DNA of 64,000 nucleotides. Origin: the human T2T-CHM13v2.0 reference genome, Homo sapiens. How positions within the stretch are numbered: the stretch's first letter is position 1; each line of letters opens with the position of its first letter. Both the position numbers and the translations under genes were made by a program. Below the pieces are notes generated by a model, which had not been told where the DNA came from, did no database searches, and was given only the letters and a program-made list of their open reading frames with translations. Of the stretch, positions 24,890 to 55,394 are shown piece after piece. The stretch spans positions 8,480,001 through 8,544,000 of the forward strand of contig CP068257.2 of the NCBI GenBank assembly GCA_009914755.4, written 5' to 3'.

Positions 24890-27800
24890 AAAACTGCTCA
24901 ATCAAAAGAAAGGTTCAACTCCGTGAGATGAATACACACATCACAAAGAAGTTTCTCAGAATTCTTCTGTCTCGTTTTTATGTGAAGATATTTCCTTTTC
25001 CACCATTGTTCTAAAAGCGCTCCAAATGTCCACTTGCAGATTCTACAAAAAGAGAGTTTCAAAACTGCTCAATGAAAAGAAAGATTTAACTCTGTGAGAT
25101 TAACGCACACATCAAACGGAAGTTTCTCAGATTGTTTCTGTCTAGATTTTATGTGAAGATATTTCGTTTTCTACCATAGGCAGCATAGCGCTCCAAATAT
25201 CCATCTGCAGATTGTACAAAAAGAGTGCTTCCAAACTGCTCAATCAAAGAAAGGTTCAACATTGTGAGATGAACTCACTCATCACAAAGAAGTTTCTCAG
25301 AATTATTCTGTCTGGTTTTTATGTGAAGATATTTCCTTTTCCACCATAGTCCTCAAAGCGCTCCAAATGACCACTTGCAGATACTACAAAAAGAAAGTTT
25401 CAAAACTCCTCAATCAAGAGAAAGTTTTAACACGGTGAGATGAATGCACACATCACAAAGTAGTTTCTCAGATTGCTTCTTTCTAGGTTTTATGTGAAGA
25501 TATTTCCTTTTCTACCATAGGCTTCAAAGCACTCCAAATGTCCACTTGAAGATTCTACAAAAAGAGACTTTCCAAACTGCTCATTCAAAAGAAAGGTTCA
25601 ACTCTGTGAGATGAATGCACACATCACAAAGAAGTTTCCCAGGATTCTTCTGTCTAGTTTTTATGTAAAGATATTTCCTTGTTTTTATGTAAAGATATTT
25701 CCTTTTCCACCATAAGCCTCAATGAATTTGAAATGTCCACTTGCAGATTCTACCAAAAGAGTATATCAATACTGTTCCATCAAAAGAATGTTTCAACTCT
25801 GGGAGATGAATTCACACATCACAAAGAAGTTTCTGAGAATGCTTCTGTCTAGTTTTTATGTGAAGGTATTTCCTTTTCCACCATTGGCCGCAAAGCGCTC
25901 CAAATGTCCACTTGCAGATTCTACAAAAAGAGAGTTTCAAAACTGCTCAATCAAAAGAAAGGTTTAATTCTGTGACATGAATGCACACATCAAAAGGAAT
26001 TTCTCAGATTTCTTCCTCTAGATTTTATGTGAAGATATTTCCTTTCCTATCATACGCCACAAAGCTCTCCAAATGTTCACTTGCAGATTCTTCAAAAAGA
26101 TTGTTTCCAAACTGCTCAATCAAAAGAAAGGTTCAACTCTGTGAGATGATCGCAAACATCACAAAGAAGTTTCTCAGAATTCTTCTGTCTAGTTTTTATG
26201 TGGAGATATTTCCTATTCCACCATAGGCCTCATGGCTCTCGAAAATTCTACTTGCAGATTCTACAAAAAGCATATTTCAAAACTGGTCTTTCAAAAGAGA
26301 GGTTCAACCCTGTGAGATGAATTCACACATCAGAAAGAAGTTTCTCAGAATGCTTCTGTCTAGTTTTTAAGTTAAGATATTTCCTTTTCGACCAGGGGCA
26401 TCAAAGTACTCCAAATGTCCACTTGCATATTCTACGAAAAGAGGGTTTCCAAACTGCTCAATCAAAACAATGGTTCAGCTCTGTGAGGTGAACGCACACA
26501 TCACCAAGAAGTTTCTCAGAATTCTTTTGACTAGTTTTTATGTGAAGATATTTCCTTTTCCACCATAGGCCTCAAAGCACGCCAAATGTAGACTTGTAGA
26601 TTCTACAAAAAGAGTTTCAAAACTGCTCAATCAAGGGAAAGGTTAAACAATGTGTGGTGAATGCACACATCACAAAGAAGTCTCAGATTGCTTCTGTCTA
26701 GATTTTATGTGATGATATTTCCTTTTCTACCGTAGGCCACAAAGCCCTCCAAATGTCTACTTGCAGATTCTACAAAAAGAGTGTTTTGAAACTGCTCAAT
26801 CAAAAGAAAGGTTCAACTGTGTGAGATTAACGCACACATCAGAAAGAAGTTTCTCAGAATTCTTCTGTCTAGTTTTCATGTGAAGGCATTTTCTTTTCCA
26901 CCATAGGCCTCAAGGCGCTCAAAATGTCCACTTGCAGATTCTACAAAAAGACAGTTTCAAATCTGCTCATTCAAAAGGAAGGTTTAACTCTGTAAGATGA
27001 GTACACGCATCACAAAGAAGTCTCTCAGAATTCCTCTGTCTAGATTTTATGTGAAGATATTTCCTGTTCTACCATAGGCTTCAAAGCATTCCATACGTCT
27101 ACTTGCAGATTCTACGAAAAGAGTGTTTCCAAACTGCTCAATCAAAAGAAAGGTTCAACTCTGTGAGATGAACGCACACATCACATAGAAGTTTATCAGA
27201 ATACATCTGTTTAGTTTTTATGTGAAGATATTTCCTTTTCCACCATAGGCTGCAAAACGCTCCAAATATCCGCTAGCAGATTCTACAAAAAGAGGGTTTC
27301 CGAACTGCTCAATCATAAAGAAAGGTTCAACTCTGTTAGATAAATGCAAGCATCACAAAGGAGTTTCTCAGAATTCTTCTGTCAAGTTTCAATTTGTAGA
27401 TATTTCCTTTTCCACCATAGACCTGAAAGGACTCAAAATGTCCACTTGCAGATTCTACAAAAAGAGACTTACAAAACTGCTTGATCAAAAGAATGTTTTA
27501 CTCTGTGAGATGAAAGCACACATCCCAAAGAAGTTTCTCAGAATAGTTCTGTCTAGTTTTTATGTGAAGATATTTCCTTTTCCACCATAGATCTAAAAGT
27601 GCTCCAAATGTCCACTTGCAGATTCTACAAAAAGAGTGTTTCAAAATTGCTCAATGAAAAGTAAGGTTCAACTTTGTGAGATGAATGCACACATCACAAA
27701 GAAGTTTCTCAGAATAATTCTGTCTGGTTTTTAGGTGAAGATATTTTCTTTTCCACCATAGCCCTCAAAGCACTCTAAATGTCCACTTGCAGATCCTACA

Positions 27801-30800
27801 AAAAGAGTTTTTCAAAACAGCTCAATCAAAAGAAAGTTTCAAGTCAGTGAGATGAATGCAAACGTCACAAAGAAGTTTTTCAAAATGCTTCTGTCTAGTT
27901 TTTCTGTGAAGATATTTGCTTTTCGACCATAGACCTCAAAGCGCTCCAAATGTCCAATTGCAGATTCTACAAAAAGAGTGTTTCAAAGCTGCTCAATCAA
28001 AAGAAAGGTCCAGCTCTGTGAGATGAATGTACACATCACAAAGTAGTTTGTCAGAATGCTTCTGTCTCGTTTTTATATGAGGGTATTTCCTTTTCCACCA
28101 TAGGCCTCAAAGCACTCTAAATGTCCTCTTGCAGATACTACAAAAAGGGTGTTTCAAAACTGCTCAATCAAAACTAAGGTTCAACTCTGGGAGATGAATG
28201 CACATATCACCATGAAGGTTGTCAGAATGCTTCTGTTTTTTATATGAAGATATATGAAGATATTTCCTTTTCCACCATGTGCGTCAAAGCCCTCAAAATG
28301 TCCACTTACAGATTCTCCAAAAAGAGTGTTTCAAAATTGCTCAATGAAAAGTAAGGTTCAACTCTGTGAGATGAATGCCCACATCACAAAGAAGTTTGTC
28401 AGAATGCTTCTGTCTAGTTTTTATGTGAAGATATTTCCTTTTTCGCCATAGTCCCCAAAGCGCTACAAATGACTACTTGCAGATTCTACAAAAAGAGTGT
28501 TTCAAAGTTGCTCAATCAAAAGGAAGTTTCAACTCTGAAAGATGAATGCATGCATAACAAAGAAGTTTGTCAGAAGATTTCTGTCTAGTTTTTATGTGAC
28601 GATACATCCATTTCCACCATAGGCCAGAAAGCGGTCCAATTGTCCACTTGCAGATTCTACAAAAAGAGTGTTTCAAATCTGCTCAATGAAAAGTAAGGTT
28701 CAAATCTTTGAGTTGAACGCACACATTGAAAAGAAGTTTGTCAGAATGCTTCTGTCTGTTCTGTATGTGAAGATGTTCCCTTTTCCACCATAGGCCTCAA
28801 AGTGCTCCAAATGTACACTTGCAGATTCTACAAAAAGAGTGTTTCAAAGCTCCTGAATCAAGGAAAGTTTCAATTCTTTGTGAGATGAATGCACACATCA
28901 CAAAGAAGTTTGTCAGAATGCTTCTGTCTAGTTTTTAAGTGAAGATATTTCCTTTTCCACCATAGGCCTCAAAGCACTCCAATTGTCCACTTGCAGATTT
29001 TACAAAAAGAGTGCTTCCAAAGTGCTCAATCAAAAGGGAGGTTCAACCCTGTAAGATGAATGCACACATCACAAAGAAGTTTCTCAGAATGGTTCTGTCC
29101 AATTTTTATGTGAAGATATTTCGTTTTCCACCATAGGCCTCAAAGCACTCCAAATGTCCACTTGCAGATTCTACAAAAAGAATGTTGCAAAGCTGCTCAA
29201 TCAAAAGAAAGTTTCAACACTTTGTGAGATGTATGCAGACATCACAAAAAGTTTATCATAATGCTTCTCTCTATTTATTATATGAAGATATTTCATTATC
29301 CACCATAGGCCTCAAAGAGCTCCAAATGTCCACTTTTAGATTCTACAAAAAGAGTGTTTCAAAACTGGACAATCAAAAGTAAGGTTCAACTCTGTGAGAT
29401 GATTGCACACATCACAAAGAAATTTCTCAGAATGCTTCTGTTTAGTTCTTATGTGAAGATATTTCCTTTTCCTCCATAAGCCTCAAAGCACTCCAAATGT
29501 CCACTTTCAAATAGCAGAAAAAGGATGTTTCAAAACTGCTCAATCAAAAGAAAGGTTCAACTCTGTGAGATGAATGCACATATCACAAATAAGGTTGTCA
29601 GAATACGTCTGTTTAGTTTTTATGTGAAGATATTTCCTTTTCCACCATTGGCCTCAAAGTGCTCCAAATGTTCACTTGCAGATTCTACATATAGGGTGTT
29701 CCAAAGCTGCTCAATCAAAAGAAAGTTTCAACTCTATGAGACGAATGCACATATCACAAAGACGTTTGTCAGAATGCTTCTGTGTAGTTTTCATGTGAAC
29801 ATATTTTCTTTTCTACCATAGGCCTCAAAGTGCTCCAAATGTCCACATGCAGATTCTATAAAATACTTTTTCAAAACTGCTCAATCAAAAGAAAGGTTCA
29901 AGTCAGTGAGATGAATGCAAACGTCACAAAGAAGTTTTTCAAAATGCTTCTGTCTAGTTTTATCTGAAGATATTCCTTTTCCACTGTAGGCCTCAAAGCG
30001 CTCGAAATGTCCAGTTGCAGATTCTACAAAAAGAGTGTTTCAAAGCTGCTCAATGAAAACAAAGGTCCAGCTCTGCGAGATAAATGCACACATCACAAAG
30101 AAGTTTGTCAGAATGCTTCTGTCTGGTTTATATGTGAAGATATTTCCTTTTCCACCATATGCCTCAAAGCACTCCAAATGTCCACTTGCAGACATTACAT
30201 AAAGGGTGTTTCAAAACTGCTCAATCAAAAGTAAGGTTCAACTCTGTGAGATGAATGCACATGTCACAAAGAAGGTTGTCACAATGCTTCTGTCTAGTTT
30301 TTATGAGAAGACATTTCCTTTTCCACCATCGGCCTCAAAGTGCTCCAAATGTCCAAATGCAGATTCAACAAAAAGAGTGTTTCAGAACTGCTGAATGAAA
30401 GGTAAGGTTCAACTCTGTGAGATAAATGCATACATCACAAAGAAGTTTGTCAGAATGCTTCTATCTAGGTTTTATGTGAAGATATTTACTTTTCCACCAT
30501 AGGCCTCAAAGCGCTCCAAATGTGCACTTGCAGATAGTACAAAAAGAGTATTTCAAAATTCTGAAGGAAAATTAAGTTTCAACTCTGAGAGATTAATGCA
30601 CACATCACAAAGATGTATGTCAGAATGCGTCTATCTGGTTTTTACGTGAAGATATTTCGTTATCCAACATAGGCCTCAAAGCACTCCAAATGTCCACTTG
30701 CAGATTTTACAAAAACAGTGCTTCAAAGCTGCTTAATCAAAATAAAGTTCAAATCTGTGAGATGAATGCACCCATCACAGAGAAATTTGTCAGAATGCTT

Positions 30801-33800
30801 CTGTATAGTTCTTATGTGAAGATATTTCTTTTCCACCAAAGCTCTCAAAGTACTCCAAATGTCCACTTGTGGATATTACCAAAAGGGTGCTTCAAAACTG
30901 CTCAATCAAAAGTAAGGTTCAACTCTGTGACATGAATGCACACATCACAAAGAAGTTTGTCAGAATGCTTTTGTCTAATTTTTATGTGGAGATATTTCCT
31001 TTTCCAACATAGGCCTCAAGTGCTTCAAATGTCCACTTGCAGATTCTACAAAAAATTGTTTTGAAACTGCTCAATTGAAGGTAAGGTTCAACTCGGTGAT
31101 GTGAATGCACACATTACAAAGAAGTTTGTCAGAATGCTTCTGTCTAGTTTTTATGTGAAGATATCTCCTTTTCAACCATAGGTCTCAAGCACTCCAAATG
31201 TCCACTTGCAGATTCTACAAAAAGAGTGCTTCAAAACTGCTCAATGAAAAGTAAGGTTCAATTCTGTGAGATGAATGCATGCATCACAAAAGAGTTTGTC
31301 AGAATACTTCTGTCTGGTTTTTATGTGATGATATTTCCTTTTCCACCAAAGGCCTCAAAGTGCTCCAAATATCCAATTGCAGATTATACAAAAAGAGTGT
31401 TTCAGAGCTGCTCAATCAAAAGAAAGGTTCCACTCTGTGAGACGACTGCACACATCACAAATAAGTGTGTCATAATGCTTCTGTCTAGTTATTATATGAA
31501 GATATTTCATTAACCACACCATAGGCCTCAAAGTGCAGCAAATGTCCACTTGCAGATTCTACAAAAAAGAGTGTTTCAAAACTGCTCAATCAAAAGTAAG
31601 GTTCAACTCTGTGAGATGAATGCACACATCACAAAGGAATTTCTCAGAATCTTTCTGCCTAGTTCTTATGTGAAGATATTTCCTTTTCCACCATAGGCCT
31701 CAAAACACTCCAAATGTCCACTTGCAGATTCTACAAAAAGAGGATTTCCAAACTGCTCAATCAAAAGAAAGGTTCGACTCTGTGAGCTGAAGACACACAT
31801 CACAAAGAAGTTTGTCAGAAAGCTTCTTTCTGTTTTTTATGTGAAAATATTTCCTTTTCCACCAAAGGCCTCAAAGCACTCCAAAGTCCAATTGCAGATG
31901 CTACAAAAAGAGTGTTTGAGAGCTGCTCAATCAAAAGAAAGGTTCCACTCTGTGAGACGAATGCACACATCATAAAGAAGTTTGTCATAATGCTTCTGTC
32001 TAGTTATTATATGAAGATATTTCATTAACCACCATAGGCCTCAAAGTGCAGCAAATATCCGCTTGCAGATTCTACAAAAAAGAGTGTTTCAAAACTGCTT
32101 AATTGAAAGTAAGGTTCAACTCTGTGAGATGAATGCACACATCACAAAGGAATTTCTCAGAATCCTTCTGCCTAGTTCTTATGTGAAGATATTTCCTTTT
32201 CCACCATAGGCCTCAAAGCACTCCAAATGTCCACTTGTAGATACTACAAAAAGGGTGTTTCAAAACTGCTCAATCAAAAGTAAGGTTGAATTCTGTGAGA
32301 TGAATTCACACATCACAAAGGAGTTTGTCAGAAAGCTTCTTTCTGGTTTTTATGTGCAGATATTTCCTTTTCCTCCAAAGACCTCAAAGCACTCCAAATG
32401 TCCAATTGCAGATGTTACAATAAGAGTGTTTCAGAGCTGCTCAATCAAAAGAAAGGTTCCACTCGGTAAGATGAAAACACACATCACAAAGAAGTTTTTC
32501 ATAATGCTTCCATCTAGTTATTATATGAAGATATTTTGTTAACCACCATAGGCCTCAAAGTGCAGCAAATGTCCACTTGCAGATTCTACAAAGAGAGTGT
32601 TTCAAAACTGCTCAATCGAAAGTAAGGTTCAACTCTGTGGGATGAATGCACACATAGCAAAGAAATTTCTCAGAATACTTCTGTCTAGTTCTTATGTGAA
32701 GATATTTCCTTTTCCACCATATGCCTCTAAGTACACCAAATGTCCACTGGTAGATATTTCAAAAAGGGTGTTTCAAAACTGCTAAATCAAAAGTAAGATT
32801 CAACTCAGTGAGATGAATTCACATATCACAAAGAAGGTTGTCAGAATGCTTCTGTCTAGTTTTTATGTGAAGATAATTCTTTTTCCACCATAGGCCTCAA
32901 AGCGCTCAAAATGTCCACTTGCAGATTCTACAAAGAGTATTTCAAAACTGCTCAATGAAAAATAAGGTTCAACTCTGTGAGATGAGTGCACACATCACAA
33001 AGAAGTTTGTCAGAATGCTTCTGTCTAGTTTGTATGTGAAGATTTTTCCTTTTCCACCATAGGCCTCAAAGCTCTCCAAATGTCCACTTGCAGATTCTAC
33101 AAAAAGAGTGTTTCAAAGTTGTTCAATCAAAAGAAAAGTTCAACTCTGTGAGATGAATGCACACATCACAAAGAAGTTTCTCAGAATGCATCTGTCTACT
33201 TTTAACCTGAAGATATTTACTTTTCCACCATAGGCCTCAAAGCGCTCCAAATGTCCACTTGCAGACACTACAAAAAGAGTGTTTCAAAACTGCTCAATGA
33301 AAAGTAAGGTTCAACTCTGTGAGATGAATGCACACAACACAAAGAAGTTTGTCAGAATGGTCTGTCTAGTTTTTATGTGAAGATATTTCCTTTTCCACCA
33401 TAGGCCTCATAGTGCTCCAAATGTCCACTTGTAGATTCTACAAAAAGAGTGTTTCAAAGCTTCTCAATGAAAAGCAAGGTTTAACCCTGTGAGACGAATG
33501 CACACATCACAAAGAAGTTTCTCAGCAGGCTTCTGTCTAGTTTTTATGTGAAGACATTTCCTTTTCCTCAATAGGACTCAAAGTCCTCCAATTGCTCACT
33601 TGCAGATTCTACAAAAAGAGTGTTTCAAAATTGCTCAATGAAAAGTAAGGTTCAACTCTGTGAGATGAATGCACACATCACAAAGAAGTTTGTCAGAATG
33701 CTTCTGTCTGGTTTTTATGTGAAGATATTTCCTTTTCCACCATAGGCCTCAAAGCACTCCAAATGTCCACTTGCTGATTCTACAAAAAGAGTGTTTCAAA

Positions 33801-34562
33801 GATGATCAATCAAAAGAAAGGTTCGAATCAGTGTGAGATGAATGCACACATCACAAAGAAGTTTCTCAAAATGCTTCTGTCTAGTTATTATATGAATATA
33901 TTTGGTTATCCACTATAGGTCTCAAAGCGCTCCAAATGTCCACTTGCATATACTACAAAAAGAGTGTTTCAAAGCTGTTCAATCAAAACAAAGGTTCACC
34001 TCGGTGAGATGAATGCACATATCACAAAGAAGTTTGTCAGAACGCTCCTGTCTAGTTTTTATGTGAATATATTTCCTTTTTCATCATACGCCTGAAATTG
34101 TTCCAAATATCCACTTGCAGGTGCTACAAAAAGAGTGTTTCCAAACTGTTCAATAAAAAGAAAGGCTCAACTCTGTGAGATGAACACACTCAACACAGGA
34201 GTTTCTCAGAATTCTTTTTTCTCGTTTTTATGTGAAGATATTTCCTTCTCCACCATAGGTCTCAAAATGCTCCAAATGTCCACTTGCAGATTGTACAACA
34301 AGAGTGTTTCAAAACTGTTCAATCAAAAGAAATGTTCAACTCTGTGAGATGAATGCACACATCACAAGGCAGTTTGTCAGAATGCTTCTGTCTAATTTTT
34401 ATGTGAAGATATTTCCTTTTCCACCGTAGTCCTCAAAGCACTCCAATTGTACACTTGTAGAATCTACAAAAAGAGTGTTTTAAAACTGCTCCATCAACAG
34501 AAATGTTCAACTCTGTGAGATGAAGGCACACATCACAAAGAAGTTTGTCAGAATGTTTCTTT

Positions 34563-37500
34563 CCAGTTCTGAAACACAATTTTTGTGCTATCTGCAAGTG
34601 GACTTTTGTAGTGCATTGAGGCCTATGGTGGATAAGGAAATATCTTCACATAAAAACTAGACAGAAGCATTCTGACAAATTTCTTTGAGATGTGTGCACT
34701 CATCTCACAGAGTTGAACATTTCTTTCAATTGAGTAATTTGGTAACTCTCTGTAGAATCTGCAACTGGATATTTGGAGCGCTATGAGGCCTATGGTCAAA
34801 AAGGAAGTATCTTCACTTAAGAACTAGACAGAAACATTCTGACAAACTTCTTTGTGATGTGTGCATTCATCTCACAGAGTTGAACCATTCTTTTGATTGA
34901 GCAGTTTTGAAACACTCTTTTTGTAGAATCTGCAAATGGACATTTGGAGGGCTTTGTGACCTATGGTGGAAAAGGAAATATATTCACATAAAAACTATTC
35001 TGAAACATTCTGACAAACTCCTTTGTGATGCGTGCATTCATCTTATGGAGTTGAAACTTCCTTTGCATTGAGCAGTTTTGAAAAACTCTTTTTGTAGAAT
35101 TTGCAAGTGTACACTTGGAGCGCTTTGAGGCCTATTGTCGAAAAGGTAAAAACGTCACATAAAACCTAGACAGGATCATTCTTAGAAAATTCTTACTGAT
35201 GTGATAATTTATCTCACAGAGTTTAATCTTTCTTTCGATTGAGCAGTTGTGAAACACTCTTTGTAGAATTTCCACGTGGACATTTGGCCACTTAGAGGCC
35301 TATGTTGGAAAAGGAAATATCTTCACATTAAAACTAGACAGAAGCTTTCTGAGGTACTTCTTTGTGATGTGTGCATTCATCTCAGAGAGTTGAACCTTTC
35401 CTATGAATGAGCAGTTTGGAAAAACTCTTTTTGTAGAATCTGCAATAGGACATTTGGAGCGCTTTGCAGCCTATGTTGGAAAAGGAATCATCTCACATAA
35501 AAACTAGACAGAAGCAACCTGACAAACTTCTTTGTGATGTCTGCATTCATCTCAAATGGTTGAACCTTACATTCGATTGAGCAGTTTTGAAACACTCATT
35601 TTGTAGAATCTGCAATTGGTCATTTGGAGCGCTTTGAGGCCTATGATGCAAAACGAAATATCTTCACATATTAACTAGACAGAAGCATTCTGAGAAACTT
35701 CTTTGTGATGTGTGCATTCCTCTCACAGAGCTGAATATTTCTTTTGATTGAGCAGCTTTGAAACACTCTTTTTGTAGAATCTGCAAGTGGACATTTGCTG
35801 CGCTTTGCAAACTATGGTGGAAAAGGGAATATCTTCACATAAAAACTAGACTGAATCATTCTGAGAAAATACTTTGTGATGTGTGCATTCATCTCATAGA
35901 GTTGAACATTGCTTGTGATTGAGCAGTTTTGAAACACACTTTTTGTACTATCTGGAAGTAGATATTTGGAGTGCTTTGAGGCCTATGGTGGAGAAGGAAA
36001 TATCTTCGCATAAAAACCAGACAGAAACATTCTGACAAATTCCTTTGAGATGTGTGCATTTATCTCACAGAGTTGAAACTTTCCTTTGATTGAGTAGTTT
36101 GGAAACCCTCTTTTTGTAGAATTGGCAAGTGGACATTTGAGTGCTTTGAGGCCTATGGTGGAAAAAGAAAGATCTTCAATTAAAAATTAGACAGAAGCAT
36201 TCTGAGAGATTTCTTTGGGATGTGTGCATTCATGTCACAGAGTTGAAATTTTCTTTTGATTGAACAGTTTTGAAACACTCTTTTTGTAAAATCTGCAACT
36301 GGACATTTGGAGCACTTTGAGGACTATGATGGAAAAGGAAATATCTTCACATAAAAACTAAACATAAGCATAATGAGAAACTTCTTTGTGATGTGTGCAT
36401 TCATCTCACAGAGTTGAACTTTTCTTTTGTTTGAGCAGCTTAAAAACACTCTTTTTGTAGAATCTGCAAGTGAACTTTTGGAGTGCTTTGAGGCCTATGG
36501 TGGAAAAGGAAATATCTTCACATAAAAACTATGGAGAAAGATTCTGACAAACTTCGTCATAATGGGTGCATTCATCTTATGGAGTTGAAAATTAGTTTTG
36601 AATGACCAATTTGAAACACTGTTTTTGTAGAATCTGCACACAGACATTTGGAGCACTTTGAGGCCTATGGTGGAAAATGAAATATCTTCACATAAAAACT
36701 AGAAAGAAGCATTCTGAAAAAATTTTGTGATGTGTGCATTCATCTCACAGAGTTGGGCCTTTCTTTTGATTGAGCAGTTTTGAAACACTGTTTCTGTAGA
36801 ATCTGCAAGCGGACATGTGGAGCGCTTTGAGGCCAATGGTGGAAAAGGAATATCTTCACATAAAAACTACTCAGAAGCATTCTGTCAAACTTATTTGTGA
36901 TGTGTGCATTCATATCACAGTGTTGAACCTTACTTTTCATTGAGCAGTTTTGAAACACTCTTTTTGTAGAATCTGCAAGTAGACATTTGGAGCACCTTGA
37001 TTCCTATGGTGGATAACGAAATATCTTCCTTTAATAACTAGACAGAAGCATGGTGAGAAATTTCTTTGTGATGTGTGCATTCATCCCACAGAGTTGAACC
37101 TTTCTTTAGATTGAGCAGCTTTGAAACACTCTTTTTGTAGGATCTGCAAGTGGTCATTTGGAACACTTTGAGGCCTATGGTGGAAAAGGAAATATCTTCA
37201 GATAAAAACTAGACAGAAGCATTCTACCAAACTTCTTTGTGATGTGTGCATTCATCTCACAGAATTGAATCTTACTTTTGATTGAGGAGTTTTGAAAGAC
37301 GCTTTTTGTACTATTTGCAAGTGGACATTTGGAGTGATTTGAAGCCTATGGTGGAAAAGGAAATATCTTCACATGAGAACTAGACAGAAGCATCTTGACA
37401 AATTTCTTCATCATGTGTGCATTCATCTCACAAAGTTGAATCTTACTTTTCATTGAGCAGTTTTAAAACACTGTTATTGTAGAATTTGCAAGTGGACATT

Positions 37501-39452
37501 TAGAGCACTGTGAGACCAATGGTGGAAAAGGAAAAATCTTCACATTAAAACTAGACAGAAGCATTGTGACAAACTTCTTTGTGATGTGTGCATTCATCTC
37601 ACAGAGTTGAAACTTTATTTTGATTGACCAGCTTTCATACTCTCCTTTTGTAGAATCTGGATGTGGACATTTTGAGCACTTTGAGGCCCATGGTGGAAAG
37701 GGTAATATCTTCACATAAAAACCAGACAGAAGCATTCTGACAAACTTCTTTTTGATGTGTGCATTCATCTCACAGAGTTGAACTTTCTTTTGATCGAGCA
37801 GCTTTGAAACACTCTTTTTGTAGAATCCGCAAGTGGACATTTGGAGCGCTTTTTGGTGTCTGGTGGAAAAATAAGTATCTTTACGTAATAACTAGAGAGA
37901 AGCATTCTGACACACTTCTTTGAGATGTGTGCATTCATCTCACAGAGTTGAACCTTTCTTTTGATTGTGCAGTTTTGAAACAATGTTTTTGTAGAATCTG
38001 CAAGTGGACATTTGGAGCGCTTTGAGGCCTATGGTGGAAAAGGAAATGTCTTCACATAAAAACTAGACAGAAGCATTCTGACAAACTTCTTTGTGACGTG
38101 TGCATTCATCTCACAGAGTTGAAACTTTCCTTTGATTGAGCAGCTTTAAGCACCCTTTTTGTAGAATCTGCGAGTGGACTTTTGAAGCTCTTTGAAGCCT
38201 ATGGTGAAAAAAGGAAAATCTTCACATAAAAACTAGACACAAGAATTCTGACAAACTTCTTTGTGATTTCTTTATTCATCTCAGAGAGGTGACCCTTACT
38301 TTTGATTGAGCAGATTTGAAACACTTTTTTTGTAGAATCTGGAAGTGGACATTTGGGGCGCTTTGAGGCCTATGGTGGAAACGGAAATATCTTCACATAA
38401 AAACCAGGCAGAAGCATTCTGACAAACTTCTTTGTGATGTGTGCATTCATCTCACCAAGTTGAACATTTCTTTTGATTCAGCAGCTTTGAAACACTCTTT
38501 TTTTTTTTGAATCTGCAAGTGGACATTCGGAGCGCTTTGTGTCCTATGGTGGAAAAGGATATATCATCACATAAAAACTAGATAGAAGCATTCTGACAAA
38601 CTTGTCTGTGATGTGTGCATTCATCTCACAGAGTTGACCCTTACTTTTCATTGTGGAGTTTTGAAACACTGTTTTTGTAGAATCTGCAAGTGGATATTTG
38701 GAGTGCTTTGAGGCCTACAGTGTAAAAGGAAATATCTTCACAAAAAAACTAGACAGAAGCATTCTGACAATCTTATTTGTGATGTGTGCAATCATCTCAC
38801 AGAGATTAACCTTCCTTTCGATTGAGCAGCTTTGAATCACTCTTTTTGTAGAATCTGCAAGTGGATATTTTGAGCGCTTTGAGGCTTATGGTGGAAAAGG
38901 AAATACCTTCACATAAAAACTAGACAGAAGGATTCTGACAAAATTCTTTGTGATGTGTGCATTCATCAGAGAGTTGAACCTTACTTTTCATTTAGCAGTT
39001 TTGAAACACTCTTTTTGTAGAATCTGCAAGTGTACATTTGGGGCGCTTTAAGGCCTTTATTGGAAAAGGAAATATCTTCTTATAAAAACTATACAGAAGC
39101 ATTCGGACAAAATTTGTGACGTGCGTTTTCATCTCACAGAGTTAAAACTTTCTTTTGATTCAGCAGTTTTTAAACACCCTTTTTGTAGGATCTGCTAGGG
39201 GACATTTGGAGCGATTTGAGGCCTATGGTGGAAAAGGAATTATCTTCACATAACAACTAGACAAAAGAATTCTGAGAAACTTCTCTGCGATGTGTGTGTT
39301 CATGTCACTGAGTTGAACCTTTCTTTTGATTGAGCAGTTTGGAATCTCTTTTTGTAGAATCAGCAAGTGGACATTTGGAGGTCTTTGCGGCTATGGTAGA
39401 AAAGGATATATCGTCACATAAAATCTAGACAGAAGCAATCGGATAAACTTGT
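34563..39452 (+). repeat. Alpha satellite, + orientation. M-type monomers (ctagacagaagcattctgacaaac) to ~39150, then D-type.
   Basis: 171-bp monomers. The same M-type is present on the inverted side of the 34562 junction. Confidence 0.95.
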
Positions 39453-40235
39453 TTTATTATTATTATTATGCTTTAAGTTTTAGGGTACATGTGCACAAAC
39501 TGCAGGTTACTTACATATGTATACATGTGCCATGCTGGTGAGCTACACCCACTAACTCGTCATCTAGCATTAGGTATATCTCCTAATGCTATCACTCTCG
39601 CCTCCTCACAACCTGCAACAGTCCCCAGAGTGTGATGTTCCCCTTCCTGTGTCCATGTGTTCTCATTGTTCAATTCCCACTTATGAGTGAGAATATGCTT
39701 TGTTTGTTTTTTTTGTTTTTGCGATAGTTTACTGAGAATGATGATTTCCAGTTTCATCCATGTCCCTACAAAGGACATGAACTCATCATTTTTTATGGCT
39801 GCATAGTATTCCATGGTGTATATGTGCCACATTTTCTTAATCCAGTCTATCATTGTTGGACATTTGGGTTGGTTCCAAGTCTTTGCTATTGTGAATAGTG
39901 CCACAATAAACATACGTGAGCATGTGTCTTTATAGCAGCATGATTTACAGTTCTTTGGGTATATACCCAGTAATGGGATGGCTGGGTCAAATGGGATTTC
40001 TAGTTCTAGATCCCTGAGGAATCGCCACACTGACTTTCACAATGGTTGAACTAGTTTACAGTCCCACCAACAGTGTAAAAGTGTTCCTATTTCTCCACAT
40101 CCTCTCCAGCACCTGTTGTTTCCTGACTTTTTAATGATTGTCATTCTAACTGGTGTGAGATAATATCTCACTGTGGATTTGATTTGCATTTCTCTGATGG
40201 CCAGTGATGGTGAGCATTTTTTCATGTGTTTTTAG
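39453..40235 (-). mobile_element. L1 (L1PA-type) 3' segment: ORF2 C-terminus plus 3'UTR plus A-rich tail, antisense on + strand
   Basis: RC reads ...[63 protein letters not shown]...[23 protein letters not shown]...[58 protein letters not shown], then the 3'UTR ggggaacatcacactctgggg...gcacatgtaccctaaaacttaaagcataataataataataaaac. The tail is at the low-coordinate end. Confidence 0.92.
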
Positions 40236-55394
<15,159 letters not shown>
